Source: Candidatus Latescibacterota bacterium
GTDB lineage: Bacteria > Latescibacterota > UBA2968
Assembly (NCBI GenBank): GCA_965208125.1
Contig: OZ242320.1
Coordinates: 2,592,001-2,656,000, forward strand
Direction: 5' to 3'
DNA: 64,000 nt
Positions within the stretch are counted from its first letter, which is position 1, and every line of letters starts with the position of its first letter. The position numbers and the translations under genes were made by a program. The notes below the pieces were generated by a model that saw only the letters and a list, made by a program, of their open reading frames with translations, ran no database searches and was not told the DNA's origin. Shown one piece after another: positions 46,951 through 55,865 of the stretch.

Positions 46951-49011
46951 ATGTTCGGTATTTCATTTACAAATCCAATGCTGTTGCACGGTTTGTGGGC
47001 GGCGCTGTTGCCGCTTGTGATTCATTTGTTGAATCGGCGTCGTACGGTAACGGTGTCGTTTTCAAATGTGGCGCTTTTGCAAAGGCTCCAGTACGACCGC
47101 ATGCGACGGCTAAAATTAAAGCATCTCGCGTTACTCATTTTGCGAACTCTGCTCATTGTTTTGCTGGTACTGGCTTTTGCGCGTCCGACTTTGAGTGGGG
47201 GTAGTGGGCAGGTGGGCGATGCGGGTACGGCGGCGTTTATTTTGCTCGATCGTTCGTTGAGTATGCAATATCGCACAGCAGAAGGTACGTTGTTTGAGCG
47301 GGCGCTTCGCAAGGTACAGGCTCTGTTGTCCCTGTTTGATGAGCGCGACGATGTGCGGCTGGCACTGATCGACAATGGCGTTGAGGAGGTCGATGTGATC
47401 TCGCCAGAGCGGTTGCGGTTGCTTACAGATACGCTGCAACCCGGTTTTAGCAGTACAGATTTTGAGGCGGGATTGCAATTGGCTTTGTCGCATTTGTCCG
47501 GGTCACAGATGCCCAACCGCGAGTTGTATTTTGTAACAGATCGCGCTTATAATGGATGGACGAATTTGCCCGATACATTGTCAAATTTGGACGATATGTC
47601 GGTGTACATCCTTTCCGAGCGGCCTTCGCAAGTTGCCAATATCGGCATTGGGCAGATCAATACGACTTCTCCAGAGGTCGGGCGTTCAACCGCGCTGGGG
47701 ATCGAACTGATCAATTACGGCGCGGCAAATCGAGGCGATGTGCCTGTGCAGATATTTTTAGATGGTCGGCGCATCGGCCAGGATATTGCCCATGTGCCTG
47801 CGGGCGGGCGTCGCAAATTGCATACGTCGTTTGTGCCCAAAACAGGGGGGGATGTTTCCCTGCGTGTGGAAATAGGAGAAGATGATCTCGAGGCCGATAA
47901 CAAGTGCGTGACAGTGTTGCGCGTTCCAGAGCGCATCCGCATTTTGCTGGTAGGGGATGCGTCCTACGAGTCTTACTATCTCGCAGAGGCTTTGTCCGTT
48001 GTCTCAAGCGAGGTGGTACAGGTTAAACCCGAGCGCGTATCAGATCAGGTGTTGGAAGATATTGATGTGGTTTTTTTGTGCAATGTTGCGCGGCTTTCTA
48101 CAGGTGGGATTGCCGCTTTGCAAAATCGAATATCGCGCGGGGTTGGCCTGGCTATTTTTTTAGGGGATCAGATTGATGTCCGATATTATAATGAGCATGT
48201 GTTACCCGCGCTTTTTCCCGCTAAATTACTCGGTACGCGGGGCGCGTTGTCGGGTGCTTATCAGGCTTTGCAGACGGTTTTGCCCGATCATCCCATGCTG
48301 TCGGGTCTGGAACTCAAAGGGGCATTTCAAAGTCCGCGTTTTTTTGTTTCTTATCGGGTTTTGCCTGCGGCAGATGCACAATCTGTGTTGTCCTTTGCTT
48401 CGGGAGCACCCGCGCTTCTCGAAGCGCGCAAGGGCAATGGGCGCGTCGTGCTGTTCGCGTCTTCGGTGAGTGCGAATTTGGGATGGAATGACGCGCCGCT
48501 TTCCGGTTTTTTTGTTCCATTTGTGCATCGCCTGAGCGGATATCTGGCGGCTGGGGCGTTTGGTCGATCTGACTATCGCGTCGGTCAAGTTGTGTACAGA
48601 GATATCCGACGGGAAAATGCTTCTGAAGCTGTTCTTCAGGCACCGGGTGGAGAACCCAGAACAATTTGGCCTCAACAACGCGGCTTGCAATCGGTGTGGC
48701 CGGTTGGGGTAGTAGATGCGCCAGGGCTGTGGGAAATTTTTGCGCGCGAGCGCGTCTCTGATCGCTTTGCCGTTCAGATTGATGCGCGCGAACCCGATTT
48801 GACCCCGGTTCCGATAGCGCGACTCGAGGCACTTTTTGGTAAAGATCGCTTGCGCGTTGTGGATGGCAAGGCCGATTTGAAGGAGGCGATTCTTTCTCAG
48901 AGGCACGGCCAGGAGCTTTGGCGATGGGTGTTGTTGATGGCCTTGATGGCGATGGGTGCAGAGATGCTCATTGCACAGTCTGCGCGCACGAGCCGCGGGA
49001 CGCAACCTTGA
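46951..49011 (+). CDS. BatA N-terminal / vWA domain membrane protein
   Basis: FTNP..L...LPLVIHLLNR..F, LAFARP, LDRSLSM MIDAS motif, C-terminal ELWRW TM helix. Confidence 0.85.
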   Translation: MFGISFTNPMLLHGLWAALLPLVIHLLNRRRTVTVSFSNVALLQRLQYDRMRRLKLKHLALLILRTLLIVLLVLAFARPTLSGGSGQVGDAGTAAFILLDRSLSMQYRTAEGTLFERALRKVQALLSLFDERDDVRLALIDNGVEEVDVISPERLRLLTDTLQPGFSSTDFEAGLQLALSHLSGSQMPNRELYFVTDRAYNGWTNLPDTLSNLDDMSVYILSERPSQVANIGIGQINTTSPEVGRSTALGIELINYGAANRGDVPVQIFLDGRRIGQDIAHVPAGGRRKLHTSFVPKTGGDVSLRVEIGEDDLEADNKCVTVLRVPERIRILLVGDASYESYYLAEALSVVSSEVVQVKPERVSDQVLEDIDVVFLCNVARLSTGGIAALQNRISRGVGLAIFLGDQIDVRYYNEHVLPALFPAKLLGTRGALSGAYQALQTVLPDHPMLSGLELKGAFQSPRFFVSYRVLPAADAQSVLSFASGAPALLEARKGNGRVVLFASSVSANLGWNDAPLSGFFVPFVHRLSGYLAAGAFGRSDYRVGQVVYRDIRRENASEAVLQAPGGEPRTIWPQQRGLQSVWPVGVVDAPGLWEIFARERVSDRFAVQIDAREPDLTPVPIARLEALFGKDRLRVVDGKADLKEAILSQRHGQELWRWVLLMALMAMGAEMLIAQSARTSRGTQP

Positions 49012-49098
49012 CTTTTGTAATTGGTGCGCGTATTTTTGAATTTTGAGCAGGCACAGAGGCGCTGTCCCTACTTCATTTGAACGATAAAGGATGTTTTG

Positions 49099-51543
49099 AT
49101 GGCGAAAAATTTGATTATTGTTGAATCACCTGCCAAAGCGCGGACAATTTCTCGATTTGTGGGCAAGGACTACAAAGTTGCCGCTTCTATGGGGCATGTG
49201 CGCGATCTTCCCGCACGCGAATTGGGCTTTGATGTAGAGAGTTTTGATCCCAAATACGTCGTGTCGCAAGACAAGCGCAGCGTGATTCAGGCGCTTAAAA
49301 AAGATATTGAAAAAGATACGACTGTATATCTGGCAACAGACGAAGACCGCGAAGGGGAATCTATTTCGTGGCATCTGATTTCCGCGCTGAGGCTTAAAAA
49401 TCAGCCCATTAAGCGGATTGTGTTCCACGAGATTACCCGGTCTGCGATTTTGCACGCGCTTGAAAATCCCCGCGAATTGGATCAAAATCTGGTCGATGCA
49501 CAACAGGCGCGTCGCATTTTGGATCGCGCTGTGGGATATCAGTTGTCGCCTTTGTTGTGGCGAAAGGTAAAGGGCGGATTGTCAGCCGGGCGCGTACAGA
49601 GTGTGGCGGTGCGGATTATTGTTGATCGGGAACGGGAGATTCGGGCGTTTAAGCCAGAGGAGTATTGGAGGATTAAATCCGATTTTAAGGATCCCAAATT
49701 TCAGGCTGAATTGACGCGGCAGAATGGCAAAAAAGCGTCTGTGAAAAATGAAGCCGAGGCCAAAGCTATTGAGGCGAGTGCGCTGAAGGGACAATTTGTC
49801 GTGACAGAGGTGGTCGAGCGCGAGGGCGTGCGGCGGCCCGTGCCTCCGTTTACGACATCGACGCTGCAACAAGAGGCGTCTCGCAAGCTAAGTTTTTCCG
49901 TGTCGCAGACGATGCGGGTTGCGCAACAGCTTTACGAGGGCAATTTTGAAATTCCCGGATATACCGGCGGTTTGATTACGTATATGCGTACCGATTCGGT
50001 GAGTTTGGCCGAGCAGGCGGTGAATCAGGCGCGGGAGGTGATCGCGCGGGAATTTGGTCGGGATTACACCGTGGAAAAGCCCCGCCGATTTGCCAATAGA
50101 ACCAGGGGGGCGCAAGAAGCGCACGAGGCAATTCGTCCGGCGGATTTGTCGATTAAACCCAACCGCGTTAGAGCACATCTCGATCCCCGACAATTTCGGC
50201 TGTACGATTTGATCTGGAAGCGCACGTTGGCGACGCAGATGGCCGATGCGCGCATTGCATATACAACGATTCGCATTCGGGCAGGTGAAGCGGGTGAATT
50301 GATTTTTGAGGCAAAGGGACAGCGCGTTTTATTCCCTGGATTTTTGAGGGTTTATGCCGAGGGGTCCGATAATCCAGATGCGGACGTTAGCAACAAAGAT
50401 GTGATTTTGCCCAGGGTTGCTAAGGGACAGGTGCTCAATTTGGAGAAGTTGCATTTGGAGCAGTTGTTTACCAAACCGCCCGCGCGTTATACCGAGGCTT
50501 CGCTGGTGAAGAAGCTCGAGAGCGAGGGTATTGGGCGCCCTTCGACTTATTCGCCGACGATTTCGACGATTCAGAGCCGGGAATATGTGGAACGCACGCG
50601 GGATAAGAAACTCAAACCCACAGATATCGGCGAGGTGGTGAACGATTTTCTGACGGAGCACTTTCCCGATATTGTCGATTTGCGTTTTACGTCGCATCTC
50701 GAAGACGATTTTGACGAGATTGCCCAGGGCAAAAATTCCTGGAAGGCGATGTTGGAAGGGTTTTATCCGCCGTTTAATAAGCGGGTAGAAGACAAAAAGT
50801 CGGTTGATAAAATTGGGCGCAGTCTGGGCAAAGATCCCAATACGGGGCGCGAGGTGAGTGTGCGTTTTGGACAGTATGGTCCCTTTGTTCAGATTGGTAG
50901 TGCGGGTGAAAAAGAAAAGCCCCAGTTTGCATCTTTGCCATCCAATCGGAGTATTTTTGATATTGAATTGGCCGATGCTCTCAAGTGTTTTGAATTGCCG
51001 CGCAAACTCGGGCAAAATGATGCGGGCGATGAGGTGCAGGTCAATAGTGGTCGGTATGGTCCCTATGTGCGAATAGGTCGCAACTTTTTCTCCCTGCCAG
51101 AGGGAGAGGATCTGTTTGCGGTGACGCTGGATCGCGCGCTGGAGATCGCGGCGGCTGAGAAGGATCGCAAAGCCAAAAATGTGATTCAGGATTTTGGCGA
51201 TTTCCAGGTGCTCAATGGGCGGTATGGTCCTTATATTCGCAAAGATGGAAAGAATTACAAGATTCCCAGAGGGATGGATGCGGCGACATTGGACCGCGAG
51301 ACGCTCGAACAATTCATGCAGGGCGGAGCAGGCGGCAGGCAGTCGCAGAATGTGATTCACGATTTTGACGGGATTCAGGTTCTCGCCGGGCGCTATGGTC
51401 CTTATATCAAACACGATGGAAATAATTACCGCATTCCAAAGGGCGTAGAGGCGTCGTCTTTGACGCAGGCGGCTTGCGAGAAAATTATCGCTGAAAACCC
51501 GGCGACGAATAGGAGAAGGTCGAGAAGAAGAAGTAGGAAGTGA
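49099..51543 (+). CDS. topA: DNA topoisomerase I with C-terminal GRYGPY-type repeats
   Basis: IVESPAKA, ATDEDREGE, SAGRVQS, ITYMRTDS (catalytic Tyr), GIGRPSTY. Confidence 0.97.
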   Translation: MAKNLIIVESPAKARTISRFVGKDYKVAASMGHVRDLPARELGFDVESFDPKYVVSQDKRSVIQALKKDIEKDTTVYLATDEDREGESISWHLISALRLKNQPIKRIVFHEITRSAILHALENPRELDQNLVDAQQARRILDRAVGYQLSPLLWRKVKGGLSAGRVQSVAVRIIVDREREIRAFKPEEYWRIKSDFKDPKFQAELTRQNGKKASVKNEAEAKAIEASALKGQFVVTEVVEREGVRRPVPPFTTSTLQQEASRKLSFSVSQTMRVAQQLYEGNFEIPGYTGGLITYMRTDSVSLAEQAVNQAREVIAREFGRDYTVEKPRRFANRTRGAQEAHEAIRPADLSIKPNRVRAHLDPRQFRLYDLIWKRTLATQMADARIAYTTIRIRAGEAGELIFEAKGQRVLFPGFLRVYAEGSDNPDADVSNKDVILPRVAKGQVLNLEKLHLEQLFTKPPARYTEASLVKKLESEGIGRPSTYSPTISTIQSREYVERTRDKKLKPTDIGEVVNDFLTEHFPDIVDLRFTSHLEDDFDEIAQGKNSWKAMLEGFYPPFNKRVEDKKSVDKIGRSLGKDPNTGREVSVRFGQYGPFVQIGSAGEKEKPQFASLPSNRSIFDIELADALKCFELPRKLGQNDAGDEVQVNSGRYGPYVRIGRNFFSLPEGEDLFAVTLDRALEIAAAEKDRKAKNVIQDFGDFQVLNGRYGPYIRKDGKNYKIPRGMDAATLDRETLEQFMQGGAGGRQSQNVIHDFDGIQVLAGRYGPYIKHDGNNYRIPKGVEASSLTQAACEKIIAENPATNRRRSRRRSRK

Positions 51544-51565
51544 GAAATGTGAAGGGTGAACAACC

Positions 51566-51725
51566 GTAGGGGCGAAAAATTTTTCGCCCGTTGTTGTAGG
51601 GGCAATCCCTCGTGGTTGCCCGTTGTTGGTAGGGGCGAGGCATGTCTCGCTCATCATCGCGGCCCCTGCTTAAAACATGCAGGGGCAGGCTATAGGGTTG
51701 TAGGGGACGGCCCCTGTGTCGTCCC
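51566..51725 (+). repeat. Cluster of four GTAG-REP palindromes plus one extra hairpin
   Basis: GTAGGGGCGAAAAATTTTTCGCCC; GTAGGGGCAATCCCTCGTGGTTGCCC; GTAGGGGCGAGGCATGTCTCGCTC; GTAGGGGACGGCCCCTGTGTCGTCCC; gcccctgc-ttaaaacat-gcaggggc. Confidence 0.85.
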
Positions 51726-51797
51726 GTGTGTCATTGCGGCATGATGTTGAGCCGCAATCCAGAAAGTTTTAAAAGACTGTGTGAAGCGGGGTGGTCT

Positions 51798-52643
51798 ATG
51801 GAATGGGATGACATTGCGCGGCGGCGCATCAAAGCGGGCGGGTATAGAAGACAGAAGACGTATGATACCTTCGGTTTTATTTTAACGGAAGAGTTGATCA
51901 TTCCGTCCGCGAGGATGGGTGATATTGATCTCGATGCGTTTCGGACTTTCCTGCGTATGCAGGGTCTCGATACAGAGGAGGAACCACAGTCTGAGATTGC
52001 TGATGATTTGTGTAATAGACGTGTTCTAATTGAGTTTGATAATGTCCTGCGTCCGACGCTCTATGGATTGATGGCGTTCGGCAAAGAGCCGCAGGCGCAT
52101 CCGCGGACAACGAATTTTTTCGTCGAGTGTGTAGCCTACCTGGGCGAGGATCGAGCGTCGGATGTTATTCTCACCGGCGAGGGGAAGGGACGTCTTGAAG
52201 AGCAAATACGCCGGTCGGTCGGATGGGTTCGCGGTTTGGGATGGAAGGAGAGCTACCACGGTCTTGATCGGGTGGAGACGCCACTAATTCCCGAGAAGGC
52301 ACTGCGCGAGGCAATCGTCAATGCTGTTGTTCACCGGGAGTACGCGATTACAGGGTCGAAGGTGTTGCTCGAAATATTCCGCGACCGTATTGATGTGACC
52401 AGTCCAGGGACTTTTCCAAATCACATGAGTGTCGAGAATGTCCGCTCGGGCGGCAATCCCCGATCCCGCAATGAGTTGATGGCAAATGCCATGCTCGTCG
52501 CGCGCTTGATGGAACAGCGAGGACGCGGATGGCCCGTGATGCGGAGAGAGATGCGAGAATTTAACGGCACTGAGCCGGAAATCGTGCAAGACGAGGGCGG
52601 GAAGTTTGTGCGGGTGACGTTTAGTAAAGGGGTAGAGGGGTAA
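51798..52643 (+). pseudogene. AlbA_2/'RecG C-terminal' ATP-binding protein lacking most of the N-terminal AlbA domain
   Basis: ALREAIVNAVVHREY, IFRDRIDVTSPG, RN..MA, MEQRGRG; N-terminus only ~25 aa with no EFK motif. Confidence 0.7.
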
Positions 52644-52646
52644 CGT

Positions 52647-52820
52647 ATGGCTAATAGAGAGGACACCTTAGCAACTTTCCGTCGTGTGCGTGCGATTCAA
52701 GCCGTTGATGAACTTCAAAAGCAATCGGTTGAAAATGGTCTTAATAATATGGATTTGGAAGAGGTAAACCGCGAAATTCAAGCCGTGCGAGCCTTGCCCA
52801 CTGCTCAGGAAAATACTTGA
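52647..52820 (+). pseudogene. 57-aa ORF resembling the C-terminal half of a Phd-type antitoxin
   Basis: MANREDTLATFRRVRAIQAVDELQKQSVENGLNNMDLEEVNREIQAVR (below the ORF-track cutoff); no toxin follows. Confidence 0.55.
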
Positions 52821-52859
52821 TGGTGCGACTATCATTTGAGATGAGTTTTTTTAAATGTT

Positions 52860-53747
52860 ATGAAAATATCCATTACCCAATTCCTCACTCATCTATCGCG
52901 GCAGCGGCGATTGTCCGATCATACGTGTGCGGCATATAACACGGATCTGGATCAGTTCGCCGCTTTTTTGCAGGGGCGTCAGGTGGATCGCGTGGAACAG
53001 ATTGATCGGAATGCGGTGCGGGATTTTTTGGGATTTTTGCACAATAGGGGATTTGGTCGGCGGTCTGTTGCCCGAAAGCTGGCGGCGGTGCGAACGTTTT
53101 TGAGTTATTTGTGCAGTGCGGGCGATTTGGACCGGAATCCAGCACTCGATGTGCGTCCGCCCAGGCAGGATAAGATATTGCCCGTTTATCTGGATGTTGA
53201 CGAGGTTGCCCGCGCGATGTCTCTGCCGTCGCCCAATACGGTGTTGGGATTGCGCGATCGGGCGATTTTGGAGTTGTTTTATAGCGCGGGGATTCGATTG
53301 CGCGAGCTTGCGGGTCTCAAAATTGAGGCTGTGGATCTGGCAGATAAACTGGTGCGGGTTGTGGGCAAGGGCAATAAAGAGCGATTGGTTCCTTTCGGGG
53401 AACCGGCCCGGGTTGCGCTGGTGGCTTATTTGACGCGGCGGGAGGAACTGGTTTCTGATCAGACGACGGATAGACGGCACTTGTTTTTGGCGCGGTCTGG
53501 GCGTCCGCTGAGTCCCAGTGGTATTCAAGGTCGCGTTGCCCGGTATCTCAGCAAAGCGACCGGGCGGTCGTTGTCCCCCCATGCACTGCGCCACGCCTAT
53601 GCAACCCATCTGCTGGATGCGGGTGCAGATCTCAATGCGGTGAGAGAATTGCTCGGCCATGCGAGTCTTTCAACCACACAGGTTTATACGCATGTGAGTG
53701 TTGAGCGGTTAAAAAGAGCCTATCGACAAGCGCATCCACGGGCGTGA
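52860..53747 (+). CDS. xerC: Tyrosine recombinase XerC
   Basis: LRDRAILELFYSAGIR, GKGNKER, HALRHAYATHLL, LLGHASLSTTQVYTH, AHPRA. Confidence 0.9.
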   Translation: MKISITQFLTHLSRQRRLSDHTCAAYNTDLDQFAAFLQGRQVDRVEQIDRNAVRDFLGFLHNRGFGRRSVARKLAAVRTFLSYLCSAGDLDRNPALDVRPPRQDKILPVYLDVDEVARAMSLPSPNTVLGLRDRAILELFYSAGIRLRELAGLKIEAVDLADKLVRVVGKGNKERLVPFGEPARVALVAYLTRREELVSDQTTDRRHLFLARSGRPLSPSGIQGRVARYLSKATGRSLSPHALRHAYATHLLDAGADLNAVRELLGHASLSTTQVYTHVSVERLKRAYRQAHPRA

Positions 53748-53795
53748 AAAAATAATGTGGCATTATCACCAACACTTTCGACATCTAAATTAGAC

Positions 53796-55472
53796 ATGCC
53801 TGCGCTCGCGTCTCACGTCTTACATCTTACCTTTTTCTTTCTTTTTTTAGCCTGTGCCCGGCAGATGCCTCCGCCGGGAGGACCGCTCGATAAAACGCCG
53901 CCGAGGGTAGTTGATACAGTGCCCGCAGATGATTCTGTGCGAGTCGGGTTGGATACTCGGATTCGCATTCGCTTTTCCGAGGCGATGGATCGCAGGTCGG
54001 TTGAGCGGGCGTTATTTATTTCGCCACAGAGGGCTGAGGAATTTGATTTCAAGTGGCGTGGGGATGTGCTGGAAATTCGATTGTCCGATGGCTTGCAGGC
54101 CGATCGGACGTATCTGGTTACGGTGGGGCAGGAGAGCGCGGATGAGTGGCGCAACCGCATGCGGTCTTCTTATAGTTTTGGGTTTGCGACGGGGGATCGC
54201 TTAAATCGCGGGGAACTCAATGGGCGGGTGTTGAAGTCTAAGGGACAGACAGGACAGGTAGTGGATAGAGGCATTCCACCACAAGTTTTTGTTTGGGCTT
54301 ATGATCTGTCTTTGGTGATGGCACCCGATCCGGGACGAGACCGTCCCACGTATGTGACACAGCCCGATGAAACGGGTCATTTTGTATTGCCGCGGTTGGG
54401 GTCTGGGAATTATCGGATATTTGCTTTTGGCGATCAGAATAATGATCGCGCGTATTCATCAGGCGACTTGTTGGCACTTCCGCCCGGCGATGTGGTGCTC
54501 ACCGATGAGGGGCGCGTTCGCCTGGGGGATCTCAAACTCGCGGTGCGCGATACATCAGCACCTGCGCTCGTTGCCGCACGCACGCCAGATCAACAGCATG
54601 TTTTGATGCGATTTGATGAACCGGTGCGCGTTTTAGGCGTTGAAATAACCGACCTGTCGGTGTTGGAGATATATCAAGATCCCGTTGACTCGAGCGGGGT
54701 AGGGTTGATTACCGAACTGCAAACGCGAGGTGTGGAATACAGGGGGCGGGCTGATGTCGCAGATCAGTGGGGGAATCGCGATACCACAGATGTAACGGTG
54801 CGAGGCGATGGTACGCGCGATCGACGCGCGCCAGAGGTGCTGGCTCGCGCACCAGTGGAGAATGCCGAGAATGTTTTGCCAACGGCTGTAATTCGCATGT
54901 TGTTTTCCGATGCGATGCGTGTAGATGTCGTGTCTGACTTCTGGATAGCGTCGGATTCGACGGTTGTTCCCCAGGGATATTTTGAATGGGTTGCGCCCAA
55001 TCATCTCGTGTTTACACCGGATAGTCTGTGGATGGGTGGTGAGACGATTCGGCTCATTGGAAATCGCGAAAAACTCCTGGATATTGGCGGTAATGTTCTT
55101 TCTGAACCGATTTCGTTTGTTTTTTCTGTGATGGATACTGCGGCTCTGGGGCGCGTTTCCGGGACGACTTCTTCTTCTGATGTGGTGATATGGATGGAGG
55201 GGTTGACGCATGACTTTTTTTTAGAGCAGGTTTTGCGGGATACGACGTTTAGTTTGACGAATTTGCTTCCGGGGACGTATCGCATTTCCGGATTTTTAGA
55301 TCGCGACCGCAATGGCCATTGGATGTCTGGGCAAGTCCATCCGTTTGTGCCCGCGGAGCCTTTGATCGCGCATGCCGATACTGTGGAGGTACGGGCGCGG
55401 TGGGAGACGGAGGTGGAGAGGTTGGATTCCAAAATCTGGTGGATGTTGCCACCTGAGGAAAAGAAACCGTGA
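53796..55472 (+). CDS. Lipoprotein with Ig-like (Big_5) domains
   Basis: FLAC lipobox, PPPGGPLDKTPP, IRFSEAMD; start uncertain (53757 or 53796). Confidence 0.8.
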   Translation: MPALASHVLHLTFFFLFLACARQMPPPGGPLDKTPPRVVDTVPADDSVRVGLDTRIRIRFSEAMDRRSVERALFISPQRAEEFDFKWRGDVLEIRLSDGLQADRTYLVTVGQESADEWRNRMRSSYSFGFATGDRLNRGELNGRVLKSKGQTGQVVDRGIPPQVFVWAYDLSLVMAPDPGRDRPTYVTQPDETGHFVLPRLGSGNYRIFAFGDQNNDRAYSSGDLLALPPGDVVLTDEGRVRLGDLKLAVRDTSAPALVAARTPDQQHVLMRFDEPVRVLGVEITDLSVLEIYQDPVDSSGVGLITELQTRGVEYRGRADVADQWGNRDTTDVTVRGDGTRDRRAPEVLARAPVENAENVLPTAVIRMLFSDAMRVDVVSDFWIASDSTVVPQGYFEWVAPNHLVFTPDSLWMGGETIRLIGNREKLLDIGGNVLSEPISFVFSVMDTAALGRVSGTTSSSDVVIWMEGLTHDFFLEQVLRDTTFSLTNLLPGTYRISGFLDRDRNGHWMSGQVHPFVPAEPLIAHADTVEVRARWETEVERLDSKIWWMLPPEEKKP

Positions 55473-55861
55473 TGTTTTTTTGGAAATATCGAGATCAGTT
55501 GTCTCAGGTGGGTGTTGTTATTGGTCTTCTGGTATTGATATGCGTGGTGTTGTTTTATCAGTTTACATATCGCACGCCCGAAGACGCAGAGCGAGAACGC
55601 GCCCGCATTATGTTGCAACGCATTGCGACTCTACAACACGCATATCGCGCAGAATATGGCACTTATTTATCTATTGATGAAAAAAGTAATGGCGGTATTT
55701 TACAACTCAATAATGTGCCCGGACGTTTTCGCTATCGGGTGACGGTTTCAGAGGATGGTTTCAAAGCGTATGCAGAAGCGGATTTTGATCGAGATGGCAA
55801 AGCCGAGGTGTGGGTGGTGGATGCAAGGGAATCAGAACCGGTACTCAAACATGAGGATTAA
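55469..55861 (+). CDS. Pilin-like small membrane protein
   Basis: N-terminal TM; AR..LQRIATLQHAYRAEYGTY and FKAYAEADFD.DG...VW resemble a type IV pilin globular domain. Confidence 0.55.
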   Translation: MMFFWKYRDQLSQVGVVIGLLVLICVVLFYQFTYRTPEDAERERARIMLQRIATLQHAYRAEYGTYLSIDEKSNGGILQLNNVPGRFRYRVTVSEDGFKAYAEADFDRDGKAEVWVVDARESEPVLKHED

Positions 55862-55865
55862 TATT

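Noticed and set aside
51170-51440. Internal duplication in the topA C-terminus
   Set aside because: GRYGPY-type C-terminal repeats are a normal feature of zinc-ribbon-less TopA.
51566-51725. Possible CRISPR array
   Set aside because: Units differ in sequence, linkers are only ~6-7 bp, and no cas genes are present; these are REP-like.
52860-53747. Tyrosine recombinase as an island or prophage integrase
   Set aside because: Size, motifs (AHPRA end) and position near topA fit housekeeping XerC; it is far from both islands.
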